A stretch of DNA of 64,000 bases from Deltaproteobacteria bacterium (lineage in GTDB: Bacteria > Desulfobacterota > Syntrophia > Syntrophales > Smithellaceae), in assembly GCA_012729055.1 (NCBI GenBank), contig JAAYDW010000032.1:1839-65838 (forward strand). The letters run 5' to 3'. Below, piece by piece: positions 29,366 to 38,372 of this stretch (positions within the stretch are counted from its first letter, which is position 1; each line of letters opens with the position of its first letter). The notes under the pieces were generated by a model that was not told where the DNA came from, searched no databases, and worked only from the letters and a program-made list of their open reading frames with translations. The position numbers and the translations under genes were made by a program.

Positions 29366-30850
29366 TTATTCGCCCCAGCCGTTCTTGCCTTTGCAGCGGT
29401 CGAGATTCTGGTCCATCCAGGGCAGGATCTTTTCCGCCGGAATCCGGGAAACGGGCCCCGTGTAGGATGCATTCTTAAACCAGTAGTAAGGAGGAATGTT
29501 GAAGGAGACTTTTTGCTCTTCGGGAGGCACGTATTCGACGACCGCGAGGTCCTGAATCGCCTTGTGATCGCAGGCGCGCATTTTAATCACTTTGCCGTTG
29601 ACAAAACGATAGGTATCGTTTTCCCACACTTTGATGATCTTTTCCGGATCGATACTCTGGGCGCGTTCGACCACGCTGAAGAGCCAGTAAGTCTGCATGA
29701 GCCAGACGGCGCCGCTGGCCGTGGCATGCTGGTAGGCGATCGTGTTGAAAGGCGGCGTCTTCCACTTGGTCTTCCACAGGTTCAGCCAGGTATTGTAGAA
29801 TTTGATTTCTTCCTTGGACTTGAAATACGGATTGGGGACGCTGTAGGGGCTGATGTTCATCAGGCCTTTCGTTCCTTCGACGCCCACTTCATTGAGGAAG
29901 TTCTGGTTGTCCATGTAGACATTGGCAAAAGGCAGCGTGACACCCATCTGGCGGGCCTGCTTGAGCAGGTTGCCGGCGTCCGGAAGCCAGTCGCCCGTGA
30001 AGATGACCTCGGCGCCGGAAGCTCTGACTTTTTCCAGGTAGGGGGCGTAATCCGTGAGGAAGAGTTTGTGAAAATCTTCACCCACCACCTGCGCCTCCGG
30101 ATAGTATTCCTTCAAGCCTTTTTTGAAGCTTTCCGCCAGAATGCGGCCGAAGGCGTAATCCTGGTTCAGAATGTAGAACTTTTTTTCCTTCTTCCGGATC
30201 TGACCGTAGAAATACGCCAGACCGCGGGCGATCTGCTCCGTTGAATAGGAGGAGTGGAAAGCGTAGCGCGAGAAATTGTTGGCGTCCTGAAGGTCATCGG
30301 CCAGGCAGGGAACGTTCAAAGCGATGATCTTGTATTTGCTTGCTGTTTCGTTGATGATCTTCATGAAATGGCTGCCGTCGGTGCCCCAGAAGAAATGGAC
30401 CTTTTCCTGGAGGGCCATTCTTTCAGCGATCTTCTTGCACTGATCCGGTCTGGACATGTGATCGGCTTTGATGACCTGAATCAGCTTTTTCTTGCCATCC
30501 ACCATCAGGCCGCCCCGCTTGTTGATGTCGTGGGCTACCCACTGGGCGATGAAGAAATAACTTATGCCGTTAAAGGCGCTGGGGCCGGAAAAAGCGGCCA
30601 CCACGGCGATCTTGATGGTGTCTCCTTCGGGAATAACGGGAGTGGCGGGATCGTAATCGGACATGTCGCTCATTTTGTTGACGTCAAAAGCGTCATTGAC
30701 TTTGCCGAACGGGTCCGCCGATTCTGATTTTACCGCTTTGGTTTTTGCCTTTGCCGGCGCGGCAAAGGCCGTTGAGGCGCTGTAGGTTGAAAGGAATAGG
30801 ACTGAAAGCACGCATGCGAAAAAAATGACGCTTTTTCTGATACATCTCAT
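29366..30850 (-). CDS. periplasmic Leu/Ile/Val-type (Peripla_BP_6) substrate-binding protein, orphan
   Basis: ATG 30850 is preceded by AAGGAGGAG, followed by a signal peptide. Paralogous to the SBP at 52363..53577 (shared ...MRACDH(K/Q)A... block). No adjacent permease genes. Confidence 0.85.
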   Translation of the reverse strand: MRCIRKSVIFFACVLSVLFLSTYSASTAFAAPAKAKTKAVKSESADPFGKVNDAFDVNKMSDMSDYDPATPVIPEGDTIKIAVVAAFSGPSAFNGISYFFIAQWVAHDINKRGGLMVDGKKKLIQVIKADHMSRPDQCKKIAERMALQEKVHFFWGTDGSHFMKIINETASKYKIIALNVPCLADDLQDANNFSRYAFHSSYSTEQIARGLAYFYGQIRKKEKKFYILNQDYAFGRILAESFKKGLKEYYPEAQVVGEDFHKLFLTDYAPYLEKVRASGAEVIFTGDWLPDAGNLLKQARQMGVTLPFANVYMDNQNFLNEVGVEGTKGLMNISPYSVPNPYFKSKEEIKFYNTWLNLWKTKWKTPPFNTIAYQHATASGAVWLMQTYWLFSVVERAQSIDPEKIIKVWENDTYRFVNGKVIKMRACDHKAIQDLAVVEYVPPEEQKVSFNIPPYYWFKNASYTGPVSRIPAEKILPWMDQNLDRCKGKNGWGE

Positions 30851-30997
30851 CTGCAATCTCCTCCTTAATATCCGGTGAAAAATGGGACTGATTGTTATCA
30901 TTCTAAAGCTATTGAACTATTCGCAGGAACCTGTTTTTGCAACCTCCTTTCATTATGAATATTAAATAGTTATAAATATATTATTGCCGCATATAAA

Positions 30998-31039
30998 ACA
31001 TACGTATGTTTTTCTATTCGAAATCGGTTTTTCTGTCAA
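30998..31039 (-). promoter_or_regulatory. putative promoter (TTGACA-N17-TAGAAA on the minus strand) followed immediately by the 12-bp palindrome ACATACGTATGT (30998..31009), upstream of the orphan SBP gene
   Basis: Plus-strand TGTCAA 31034..31039 and TTTCTA 31011..31016. The palindrome starts 2 nt downstream of the -10. Confidence 0.45.
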
Positions 31040-31269
31040 CAGGAGAGATTTTGACGTTGCGACGTCCTGTGATCCGGAAGGCCAGTCCCTGCCGATGCGA
31101 AAACAAGGTAAGGCAGGGCGGACTGTCCGGACGCGACATTGGGTGGGCCGTATGAATTTAGCAGGATCTGTCTTGCCCCTTCTCGCTCTTCATCAAAATA
31201 GGGGAACGCGAAATACAAAATCGCGAGTGGCTCCAGGTCTTGCCTTTTTCCGCAACCTTGCTTTCCTCT

Positions 31270-32523
31270 TTACTTTTGAAAGATTTTTTTCAGATCGAAA
31301 AAGATCCAGCCGGTGTGTGTGGGAATTCTCACCCACATTTTTCTTGCCGCCGGGCAGGTAACGACCTGATGGACGGTCACCTCGTCATCCTTGGGATCCT
31401 TTTCGATCACGGAGGCGCCTTTCCCGAACGATCCATCCTTGTTGAAGAGCCGTTCATCGAGGATTTTCATCAGAGTCTCTTCCTGAATCCGGCCCTTGTT
31501 CGCTTTTGCCAGAGCTTCCAGCCGGCTTTGCCTTGCTTCCGAATACCACGCGCCCGGATTTTTGAGAGGAAGAATATGCCAGGACGGTTCAAGGAACTGA
31601 TTTGCAGCCGATATGAGGCCGTTTTCTTTGGCGACCCTTTTTTTCACGTCCGTCGTGCCGTTTTCGAAGTAGCATGCCGTGTCGGGTCCCGCACACATGA
31701 AGATCAGGGGATAGCTCGCACGGATGGTTCTCAACCTCCCTTCAACCGCCTCGATGGTATCGGCGTCAAAGAGGATATTCGTGCCTTCGTCAAAGATCAC
31801 CGACCGGTCTGCGTAAATGACCAGTCCTTCGGAGTCTGCGGCGTTGTTTCCCTCAACGTAAATGCCCTTGTCGTTCATTGCATCAAAGAAGTTGATCATA
31901 CCGGCGTTGCACACTCCCGCAACAGAATTGCTTCCGTCATTGGGTTTCATCACCAGCACGATTCCGACTTTTTTCGCGGCTTCCCGATAGATGCCGGGAA
32001 AATCAAGATTTCTGGCCGTGTAGGTCCGGCGGTTCGCCGTAAAATCGCCCCAGGCCGCCAGGGACGTGCAGGCTGTGGCATTGCCGGAACCGAGCTTTCT
32101 CATGTACATGACCGTCTGCACGTTCAGGTTGAGGAGCGCGTGCTTCTCAAAGGACAGACCGGTTTTCTCGGAAAGCCCCCTGAGCAGTTCGCTCTGCCGT
32201 TTGGCCTGTGTTCTGATGGCGGGATCGATGACCAGCCGGCGCAGGTCTTCTTCGCTGAAGAGCCCGCTTCTCAGCACAAATCCCTCGATCATCTGCTGAT
32301 AAAAAGCAAGGATATCGTCCTTCAACAGGGCCCCGTATTGCCGGCCCATCTCTCTGTAATTGCCCTCCAGGACGGCCATCCTCATGCCGCTGCAATCGTA
32401 GAGCTTGCCTCTGCCGTACTCTTTTATGAGTTTGCAATGCTCAGATGCGCCGGCGGCGCAGACCGCTAAAACAACCACGATCAAAACGGCCAATGCCACG
32501 GCTGACCGCATCTTTACCCTCAT
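31270..32523 (-). CDS. secreted C45-family Ntn hydrolase (acyl-CoA:6-APA acyltransferase-like)
   Basis: Signal peptide. The internal GNATACTSLAAWG block fits the autoproteolytic Cys nucleophile context of peptidase family C45. Family assignment is by pattern recognition. Confidence 0.65.
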   Translation of the reverse strand: MRVKMRSAVALAVLIVVVLAVCAAGASEHCKLIKEYGRGKLYDCSGMRMAVLEGNYREMGRQYGALLKDDILAFYQQMIEGFVLRSGLFSEEDLRRLVIDPAIRTQAKRQSELLRGLSEKTGLSFEKHALLNLNVQTVMYMRKLGSGNATACTSLAAWGDFTANRRTYTARNLDFPGIYREAAKKVGIVLVMKPNDGSNSVAGVCNAGMINFFDAMNDKGIYVEGNNAADSEGLVIYADRSVIFDEGTNILFDADTIEAVEGRLRTIRASYPLIFMCAGPDTACYFENGTTDVKKRVAKENGLISAANQFLEPSWHILPLKNPGAWYSEARQSRLEALAKANKGRIQEETLMKILDERLFNKDGSFGKGASVIEKDPKDDEVTVHQVVTCPAARKMWVRIPTHTGWIFFDLKKIFQK

Positions 32524-32805
32524 CCCTGTTCTCCTCTTTTGAAAATGATGGATAGAAACCTGTTTTTTCCAGGTGGACTATAGGAAACGGAGTCTTGGCT
32601 GTCAAGATAATCTTAACTCCACGAAAAAAAAGAAAAAAAGAAGTTGCCTTTGCCGCAAATAAACTTGATAATTATTTGGAAAAGCGCCTCAGTTTGCGGA
32701 TATTCTCGGAGGTCTTTTCTTCAATTAAATCCGGTGCGCAGGAAACAAAATTTTTCCCGGGCCACTGAAGGATGTCTCACTAAATTTAAAATCAAGGAGG
32801 TCATA

Positions 32806-34233
32806 ATGTCCCTGTCGAATGAACTGAAGTATTTGGATGCCACGGCGCTTGCCGGACTGGTCCGGAAAAAAGAAGTCCAGCCTTTCGAACTGGTCGATGA
32901 TGCGATTGGACGCATGGAGAAGCTCAATCCCGAGCTCAATGCGGTCATAACGCCCATGTACGAGCTGGCGCGCGAGGCGGCAAAGGCCCGGCTTTCGGAA
33001 GGTCCCTTTACCGGAGTGCCCTTTCTGCTGAAGGACGTCCTTGCGCTCTACAAGGGAGTGCCCACGTCGATGGGTTCGAAGCTGCTCAAACAGCACGCCC
33101 CGGATCATGACAGCGAGCTGGTGAGCCGGTATAAAAAGGCCGGTTTGATCGTCCTGGGCAAGACCAACGCTCCCGAATTCGGAATCCTTCCGACAACCGA
33201 ACCCGAGGCGTTTGGAGCGACCAAAAATCCATGGAATGTGAAGCATACGCCGGGCGGTTCGAGCGGCGGTTCCGCCGCGGCCGTGGCCTCGCGCATGGTG
33301 CCCATGGCCCACGGCAACGACGGCGGCGGTTCCATCAGGATACCGGCCTCCTGCTGCGGTCTGTTCGGATTAAAACCGACCAGGGCCAGAATAAGCCTGG
33401 CGCCGGATTTCGGCGACGTGATGGGCGGCGCGGTGAACGAACACGCGCTTACGCTTTCCGTCCGGGACAGCGCGGCGCTTCTTGACGCCACCGCCGGATG
33501 CCTGCCGGGCGACCCTTACTGGGCGCCCCCCATTGCCCGGCCGTTTATTGAGGAGGTCGGCGCAGACCCCGGAAGGCTGCGTATTGCGTTTTTGCCCGCG
33601 GCGTTCGATGTCCCCGTGCACGAGGATTGCGTGAAGGCCGTTAAGGATGCCGCATTGCTTTGCGAGCGGTTGGGACATATCGTTGAAGAGATGCCTTCGG
33701 CGCCGATCACTGACCCGGCGGCCGTGAGGAGAGCCTTTGGCGTCATCTGGGCCGCCGGCGTCGCGTCCATCGTCAAAATTTTCGTTAAAATGGGACTCTC
33801 AAAAGAGCATTTTGAAAAACTGACCTGGGGATTGTATGAAATGTCCTGCGCCAACGATGCCGCCGACTATTTGCTCGCGGTCGGCGCCATGCAGCGGATG
33901 GCGCGTGAATTTGCCTCTTTCTTTAAAACGTACGATATCCTGCTCACGCCCACGCTGGCGCTGCCGCCGCTGCCGCTGGGCAGCTTCGATCCGACGCCGG
34001 ACAATCCGCTCAACGGATGGGTGCGCGCCGGGGAGTTTTGTCCTTTCACGCCGCTTTGCAACGCCACGGGGCTGCCGGCCATGTCGGTGCCCCTGTACTG
34101 GAATGACGGCGGGCTTCCCGTCGGATCGCATTTCATCGGGCGGTTCGGAGACGAGGCGACACTTTTCCGGCTGGCGTCCCAGTTGGAAACGGCCAGGCCC
34201 TGGAAAGACAAGCGGCCGCCGGTATGCGCCTAA
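32806..34233 (+). CDS. amidase (amidase-signature family)
   Basis: ATG 32806 is preceded by [19 protein letters not shown] amidase signature and GSIRIPAS motif. Confidence 0.9.
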   Translation: MSLSNELKYLDATALAGLVRKKEVQPFELVDDAIGRMEKLNPELNAVITPMYELAREAAKARLSEGPFTGVPFLLKDVLALYKGVPTSMGSKLLKQHAPDHDSELVSRYKKAGLIVLGKTNAPEFGILPTTEPEAFGATKNPWNVKHTPGGSSGGSAAAVASRMVPMAHGNDGGGSIRIPASCCGLFGLKPTRARISLAPDFGDVMGGAVNEHALTLSVRDSAALLDATAGCLPGDPYWAPPIARPFIEEVGADPGRLRIAFLPAAFDVPVHEDCVKAVKDAALLCERLGHIVEEMPSAPITDPAAVRRAFGVIWAAGVASIVKIFVKMGLSKEHFEKLTWGLYEMSCANDAADYLLAVGAMQRMAREFASFFKTYDILLTPTLALPPLPLGSFDPTPDNPLNGWVRAGEFCPFTPLCNATGLPAMSVPLYWNDGGLPVGSHFIGRFGDEATLFRLASQLETARPWKDKRPPVCA

Positions 34234-34245
34234 ACGGTAAAGGAG

Positions 34246-34280
34246 CGCCCCTGAACGTCTTGATCCCTGCAGGGGCGTTT
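34246..34280. terminator. hairpin between convergent amidase and PAC2 genes (CGCCCCTG / CAGGGGCG) with short T-run
   Basis: Inverted repeat read directly; weak T-tract. Confidence 0.4.
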
Positions 34281-34293
34281 CCCCGATCCATCT

Positions 34294-35187
34294 TCAGTGC
34301 GGTTTGCGGCCGTCCTTTTTCACATTCATGATTTCCTGCATGAGTTCATCGACGCTGACTTCCTGATAGCCGTAGCTCGGCAACAGGGCCGCATCGTAGG
34401 CTTCTTCCAGTTTCCGGAGTTGCTTCAAGGCGGTTTTGTTTTGGCTGAAATCCTGGTCCATCAGTGCGGCCGCGACGTCTCCCGATTTTTTAAGATCGCT
34501 TAAATCAAGGGTCAGCGAGGTATGTGCCAGCACCTTTTGCAGAAGATCGTGGGATATTTTGGCGTTAAACGACTCAACATACGGCGGAACCCTGGCCACG
34601 ATGCTCGCCGCCTCGATTCCCTCCCGGCCGGCGTGATCCACGAGCAGAGTGGAGAAGCTGCACGGCCCCGTATAATTGAGGAGCGGAAACGACCGGAATT
34701 CGGTTTTCATCTCCGCAGAGCTCAACACGGCATAAGCGCTGGTGTCCCGGGTATGGGGAACCTGGTCAAAGACGCCGCCCAGAATATAGATCCGGCATGC
34801 ATTATAGCGTTTGGCGACGCTTAAAACCGCCGACGTATATTCCGGCCAGGCCACGTTCGGTTCGAATCCCGAAAAAAGGATCAGGTCGTGTTCGGCGCCG
34901 CTTTGCCAGAAAAAGAATTCGTTGGCGGGTTCGTCGAGGGACTTGATCCGGCCGCCTTCGACGACCACGCGGGGCCGCATGATCTGCGCTGCATCAAAGC
35001 CCGGAACCTGCCAGATATAAAAGTGTCTGGCGTCAATAGAGGCAAATTTGCGGGCGGAAAGCTTGTCGCGCAGGTAATCGATGCTTCCGGTGGCAACATT
35101 GCCGGCGTTAAGCCAGCCGTAGTAGCCGATCAGCATGTAGGGGTGGACCAGCTCGGGCGTATCCTGAAAAATTAAACTGTCGCTCAT
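34294..35187 (-). CDS. PAC2 (proteasome assembly chaperone 2-like) family protein
   Basis: 297 aa. The N-terminal pattern PYMLIGYYGWLNAGNVATGSIDYL resembles the bacterial PAC2 family. Assignment is by recollection of the family. Confidence 0.6.
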   Translation of the reverse strand: MSDSLIFQDTPELVHPYMLIGYYGWLNAGNVATGSIDYLRDKLSARKFASIDARHFYIWQVPGFDAAQIMRPRVVVEGGRIKSLDEPANEFFFWQSGAEHDLILFSGFEPNVAWPEYTSAVLSVAKRYNACRIYILGGVFDQVPHTRDTSAYAVLSSAEMKTEFRSFPLLNYTGPCSFSTLLVDHAGREGIEAASIVARVPPYVESFNAKISHDLLQKVLAHTSLTLDLSDLKKSGDVAAALMDQDFSQNKTALKQLRKLEEAYDAALLPSYGYQEVSVDELMQEIMNVKKDGRKPH

Positions 35188-35374
35188 AAACTCTCCTGTT
35201 GTGCAATGTGCGGCGACGATCGTTGTCGCGCGCCGGGAAATTCGTTTCCCGATAGGAAATCAAAATTTCGCGCCGATTATGGGTTGTCCTCTTTTTGCCG
35301 TCAAGTCTTTTGTTGTCTTGTCATATTTTGCCGATTGACACGGATTTATTTTTAAAGTACTTAATCTTTGAAAA

Positions 35375-35382
35375 ATACGTAT
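35375..35382. promoter_or_regulatory. 8-bp palindrome ATACGTAT, 24 nt upstream of the RHH-protein start codon
   Basis: Read directly. Same core as 30998..31009 and 43948..43957. A TTGACA lies at 35335..35340. Confidence 0.3.
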
Positions 35383-35405
35383 CACCGTCAGGAGTATGTA
35401 TCAAT

Positions 35406-35894
35406 ATGGCCAAGAAAGTTACGATCAGCGTTCCGGATGAGCTTTATGAAAGAATGGCGGCCTGGAAATCCTCGATGAACTTTTCCCGGGTATTTCAAAA
35501 CGCCGTTTCCGGAATGATCCAGAAGAAAGAAGCTCTGACCTCCAGGATTCGCAATGAAATCGATTTTTCGGCCGTCGTGGATCGGCTGAAAAAAGAAAAA
35601 ATCGATTACGAATTCAACATCACGGAATGCGGGAAAAAAGACGGCCTCGAATGGTGCAAAACCGCCCATTATGACGAACTGCAGTATGCGCTGTCCTGGA
35701 CCCCCTATGAAGATCCCGGCCGGGATCAGAAACTCGGAGAATATTTTTCTCAGATGTTTGAAACCTATAAAAAACGGCTTACGGCGACCGGCCAGAAAGC
35801 GCAGGATTACCTGAGCGGCTTCTCCGAAAGATATGTCAGGGGGTGGAAAGAAGGAGTTGAACTGTTCTGGAACGAAGTAAAAGACAAGCTTTGA
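35406..35894 (+). CDS. hypothetical protein with N-terminal ribbon-helix-helix (CopG-like) motif
   Basis: MAKKVTISVPDELYERMAAW is a classic RHH beta-strand/helix start. The remaining ~130 aa are unrecognised. GGAG lies 11 nt upstream of the ATG. Confidence 0.65.
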   Translation: MAKKVTISVPDELYERMAAWKSSMNFSRVFQNAVSGMIQKKEALTSRIRNEIDFSAVVDRLKKEKIDYEFNITECGKKDGLEWCKTAHYDELQYALSWTPYEDPGRDQKLGEYFSQMFETYKKRLTATGQKAQDYLSGFSERYVRGWKEGVELFWNEVKDKL

Positions 35895-36000
35895 CCGGCG
35901 GCAGCGGCGGATCGGCTTGAACACTCTCCGCGGCAGAGAGCGGAAAGTGATCCTGCTTTCGGATGACGCTTAAAAACGTTAAAATAGTGGGGGGGGAAAG

Positions 36001-36834
36001 ATGGGATTAGGAGACGCGGCCAAGGATCTTTTTGCGGAATATCGACAGAAGTATTTGGATGACCGGCTGAGATTTTCAAACAGCATCAAACTATCTGCGG
36101 GAAGAAGTGAAGGCCGCATCAGCCGCGCCCTTTACCAGCCGTACAAATGGCTGTTTGTTTTTCCGTTGCTTGTCGTGACCACGTTTATCTTCGGAATCGG
36201 CGCCGTTGTCTTTGCGCTCTTGTTTTCACCGCGCATCGGCAGCGTCAGCGGCGTACTCTGGGCCAGGATCAACAGCTTTTTCACTCCGATGACCGTCGCC
36301 GTCAAGGGCGCCGAAAACATGAAGCCGGGAGCGTCGTATGTGATAACGGCCAATCACCAGAGTCTCTACGACATCTACGTCCTGTACGGCTGGGTGGGCG
36401 TCGATTTCAAATGGGTCATGAAGAAAGAGCTGGAAAAGGTTCCGGTGCTCGGATTTGCCTGCAAGGTCCTGGGGCATATTTTCATTGACCGGTCCGATAC
36501 GAAAAAGGCCGTTGAAACCATTAACGCCGCCAAAACCAAAATCGCAAACGGAACGTCCGTTCTCTTTTTCCCGGAAGGTTCGCGAAGCAGCGACGGGGCC
36601 ATGAAACCGTTCAAGAAAGGCGCCTTCAAGATGGCGCTGGACCTCGGGCTGCCCATCTTACCCGTCACCATCAACGGCACTCGCAACATCCTGCCGAAAG
36701 GAAGCATTGACTTGCGACCCGGTAACGTGACCATGATCATTCACAAACCGATTCCCGTCACGGACTACCATGAAGAAAACATGACGGAACTGATGGATAA
36801 GACGAGAGTGATCATGAACGCGTCCCGGGACTGA
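36001..36834 (+). CDS. 1-acyl-sn-glycerol-3-phosphate acyltransferase family protein (PlsC-like)
   Basis: NHQSLYD (HX4D) and FPEGSRS motifs; N-terminal TM segment. Confidence 0.85.
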   Translation: MGLGDAAKDLFAEYRQKYLDDRLRFSNSIKLSAGRSEGRISRALYQPYKWLFVFPLLVVTTFIFGIGAVVFALLFSPRIGSVSGVLWARINSFFTPMTVAVKGAENMKPGASYVITANHQSLYDIYVLYGWVGVDFKWVMKKELEKVPVLGFACKVLGHIFIDRSDTKKAVETINAAKTKIANGTSVLFFPEGSRSSDGAMKPFKKGAFKMALDLGLPILPVTINGTRNILPKGSIDLRPGNVTMIIHKPIPVTDYHEENMTELMDKTRVIMNASRD

Positions 36835-36873
36835 ATTGTTGTCTCAGGAAGTTTTGAAGGGGATAAAGACCGC

Positions 36874-38298
36874 ATGACAAGAAGGGCCTCCCGGCTTAAT
36901 CCGTTTTTCAACCCCCAGAGCATCGCCCTGTTCGGCAGCATGCAGGAAAACTGGTTTTTCGGCGCCGGCGTCATTATCGGCGATTTGTTGAAATGGAACT
37001 ACCGGGGGCAAATCTATCCTGTTCATCCCAGCGCGCAAACGGTCTACGGCGTCAAAGTCTATCGCAGTCTGAGCGAGGTGGACGCCGTTCCCGAGCTGGC
37101 GGTGATCGTCACCTCTTTCAAGCACGTGCCCGGTATTCTTCACCAGTGCGGAACGAAGGGCGTCAAGGCGGCCGTTATCGTTTCCGATGGATTCGGAGAG
37201 GCGGGAGTGAAAGGCAAAATTCGCCAGGAAGAGCTGCTCCTCATTGCAAAATCCTACGGCATGCGTATCATGGGGCCGAACACGGTCGGGGTTTTCAATT
37301 CCGAAAACGGGTTCACTACCGTTCCCTACGATCGGGGCTACGAGTACAACAGGCGGGGCAAACTCTCCATTATTACCCAGACCGGCATGTACAGCCCGCA
37401 GGCCATGGCGTGGGATGAATACGCAGCCGGGATCAATAAAGTCATTGATCTGGGAAATATGTGCGATATCGATGAGACGGACTGTCTGGACTATCTCGGA
37501 GAGGATGACAGCACGGATGTCATTTCCCTCTACATGGAGCATTCGCGGCGGCCCGGGATGTTTCTGGACATTCTTAAAAAAGTTTCTTTGAAAAAACCTG
37601 TTTTGTGCCTCAAGCCCGGGACATCGGCCGGCGCCGCTCAGGCCATGGCGTCCCACACGGGCTCCCTGGCCGGCAAGGCGAACCTGTACGAGGCGGTCCT
37701 GAAGCAAGGCGGCGCCCTCCGGGTCGAGGAATACGAAGACCTCCGCGATTGCGCCACCCCGTTTCTCCGCTATCCTCTTCCCCGAGGAAACCGTCTGGGA
37801 GTGATCACCTTTTCCGGGGCCATCGGCATTCAGGCGATTGATGCCGCTGAAGCGGGCGGTCTTTCTCTCGGGGAACTTTCGCCGGAAAGCCGCCGCCGGC
37901 TGGCCGCCGCGAGCGACACGCTGGGCAACCACCCCGTGGACGTGGGGCCCGCGTCGGCTGCGGTGGGCGCTGAAATATTTTCTTTGTACAGAAAATGTTT
38001 CGATGTCCTCCGGGAGGATGAAAACATCGATTGTATTTACTTTAACGGTTATGTTTCGCACGGATTGCAGCCGGCTTTCTACGAGGAGTTGCTTTGCTAC
38101 ATCGGATCCTGTCGCGAGAAACCGATCGTCTCCTGGTGCTACGGGCCGTCGCAGAAACTGGTGCTGGAATTCGGGGCGCTGGCTGAACGCTTCGGCATCC
38201 CCTTTTACTTGTCGAGCCGCAAAGCCGTCCGGTCTCTGTCCTACATGGCCGGGTATGCCCGCTGGAAAACCGCGTGGTCGGCGTCCGGCCGGTCGTGA
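36874..38298 (+). CDS. ADP-forming acyl-CoA synthetase alpha-type subunit (CoA-binding + succinyl-CoA-ligase-like domains only)
   Basis: FFNPQSIALFGS CoA-binding start and phosphohistidine motif MASHTGSLAG. No ATP-grasp (beta) domain in the ORF or next to it. Confidence 0.8.
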   Translation: MTRRASRLNPFFNPQSIALFGSMQENWFFGAGVIIGDLLKWNYRGQIYPVHPSAQTVYGVKVYRSLSEVDAVPELAVIVTSFKHVPGILHQCGTKGVKAAVIVSDGFGEAGVKGKIRQEELLLIAKSYGMRIMGPNTVGVFNSENGFTTVPYDRGYEYNRRGKLSIITQTGMYSPQAMAWDEYAAGINKVIDLGNMCDIDETDCLDYLGEDDSTDVISLYMEHSRRPGMFLDILKKVSLKKPVLCLKPGTSAGAAQAMASHTGSLAGKANLYEAVLKQGGALRVEEYEDLRDCATPFLRYPLPRGNRLGVITFSGAIGIQAIDAAEAGGLSLGELSPESRRRLAAASDTLGNHPVDVGPASAAVGAEIFSLYRKCFDVLREDENIDCIYFNGYVSHGLQPAFYEELLCYIGSCREKPIVSWCYGPSQKLVLEFGALAERFGIPFYLSSRKAVRSLSYMAGYARWKTAWSASGRS

Positions 38299-38372
38299 GG
38301 CGACGCGCAAGCCTTAAAGGGGTCGAGAGATCTTGCGCGGACCGCCGTCTGTACGCCGGGTCAGGGCGGCGT

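Noticed and set aside
30984-31361. 125-aa + strand ORF in the SBP / C45 intergenic region
   Set aside because: It spans promoter/leader DNA and the 3' end of the C45 gene on the other strand, with no SD and no motifs.
34859-34869. GGTTCGAATCC, a tRNA T-arm-like string
   Set aside because: The flanking bases cannot form a T-stem (ttcgg / cccga mispair) and there is no acceptor or anticodon arm. It lies inside the PAC2-family CDS, encoding ...FEPNVAW...
36844-38310. 488-aa ORF antisense to the acyl-CoA synthetase alpha gene
   Set aside because: Shadow ORF. The + strand has the phosphohistidine and CoA-binding motifs.
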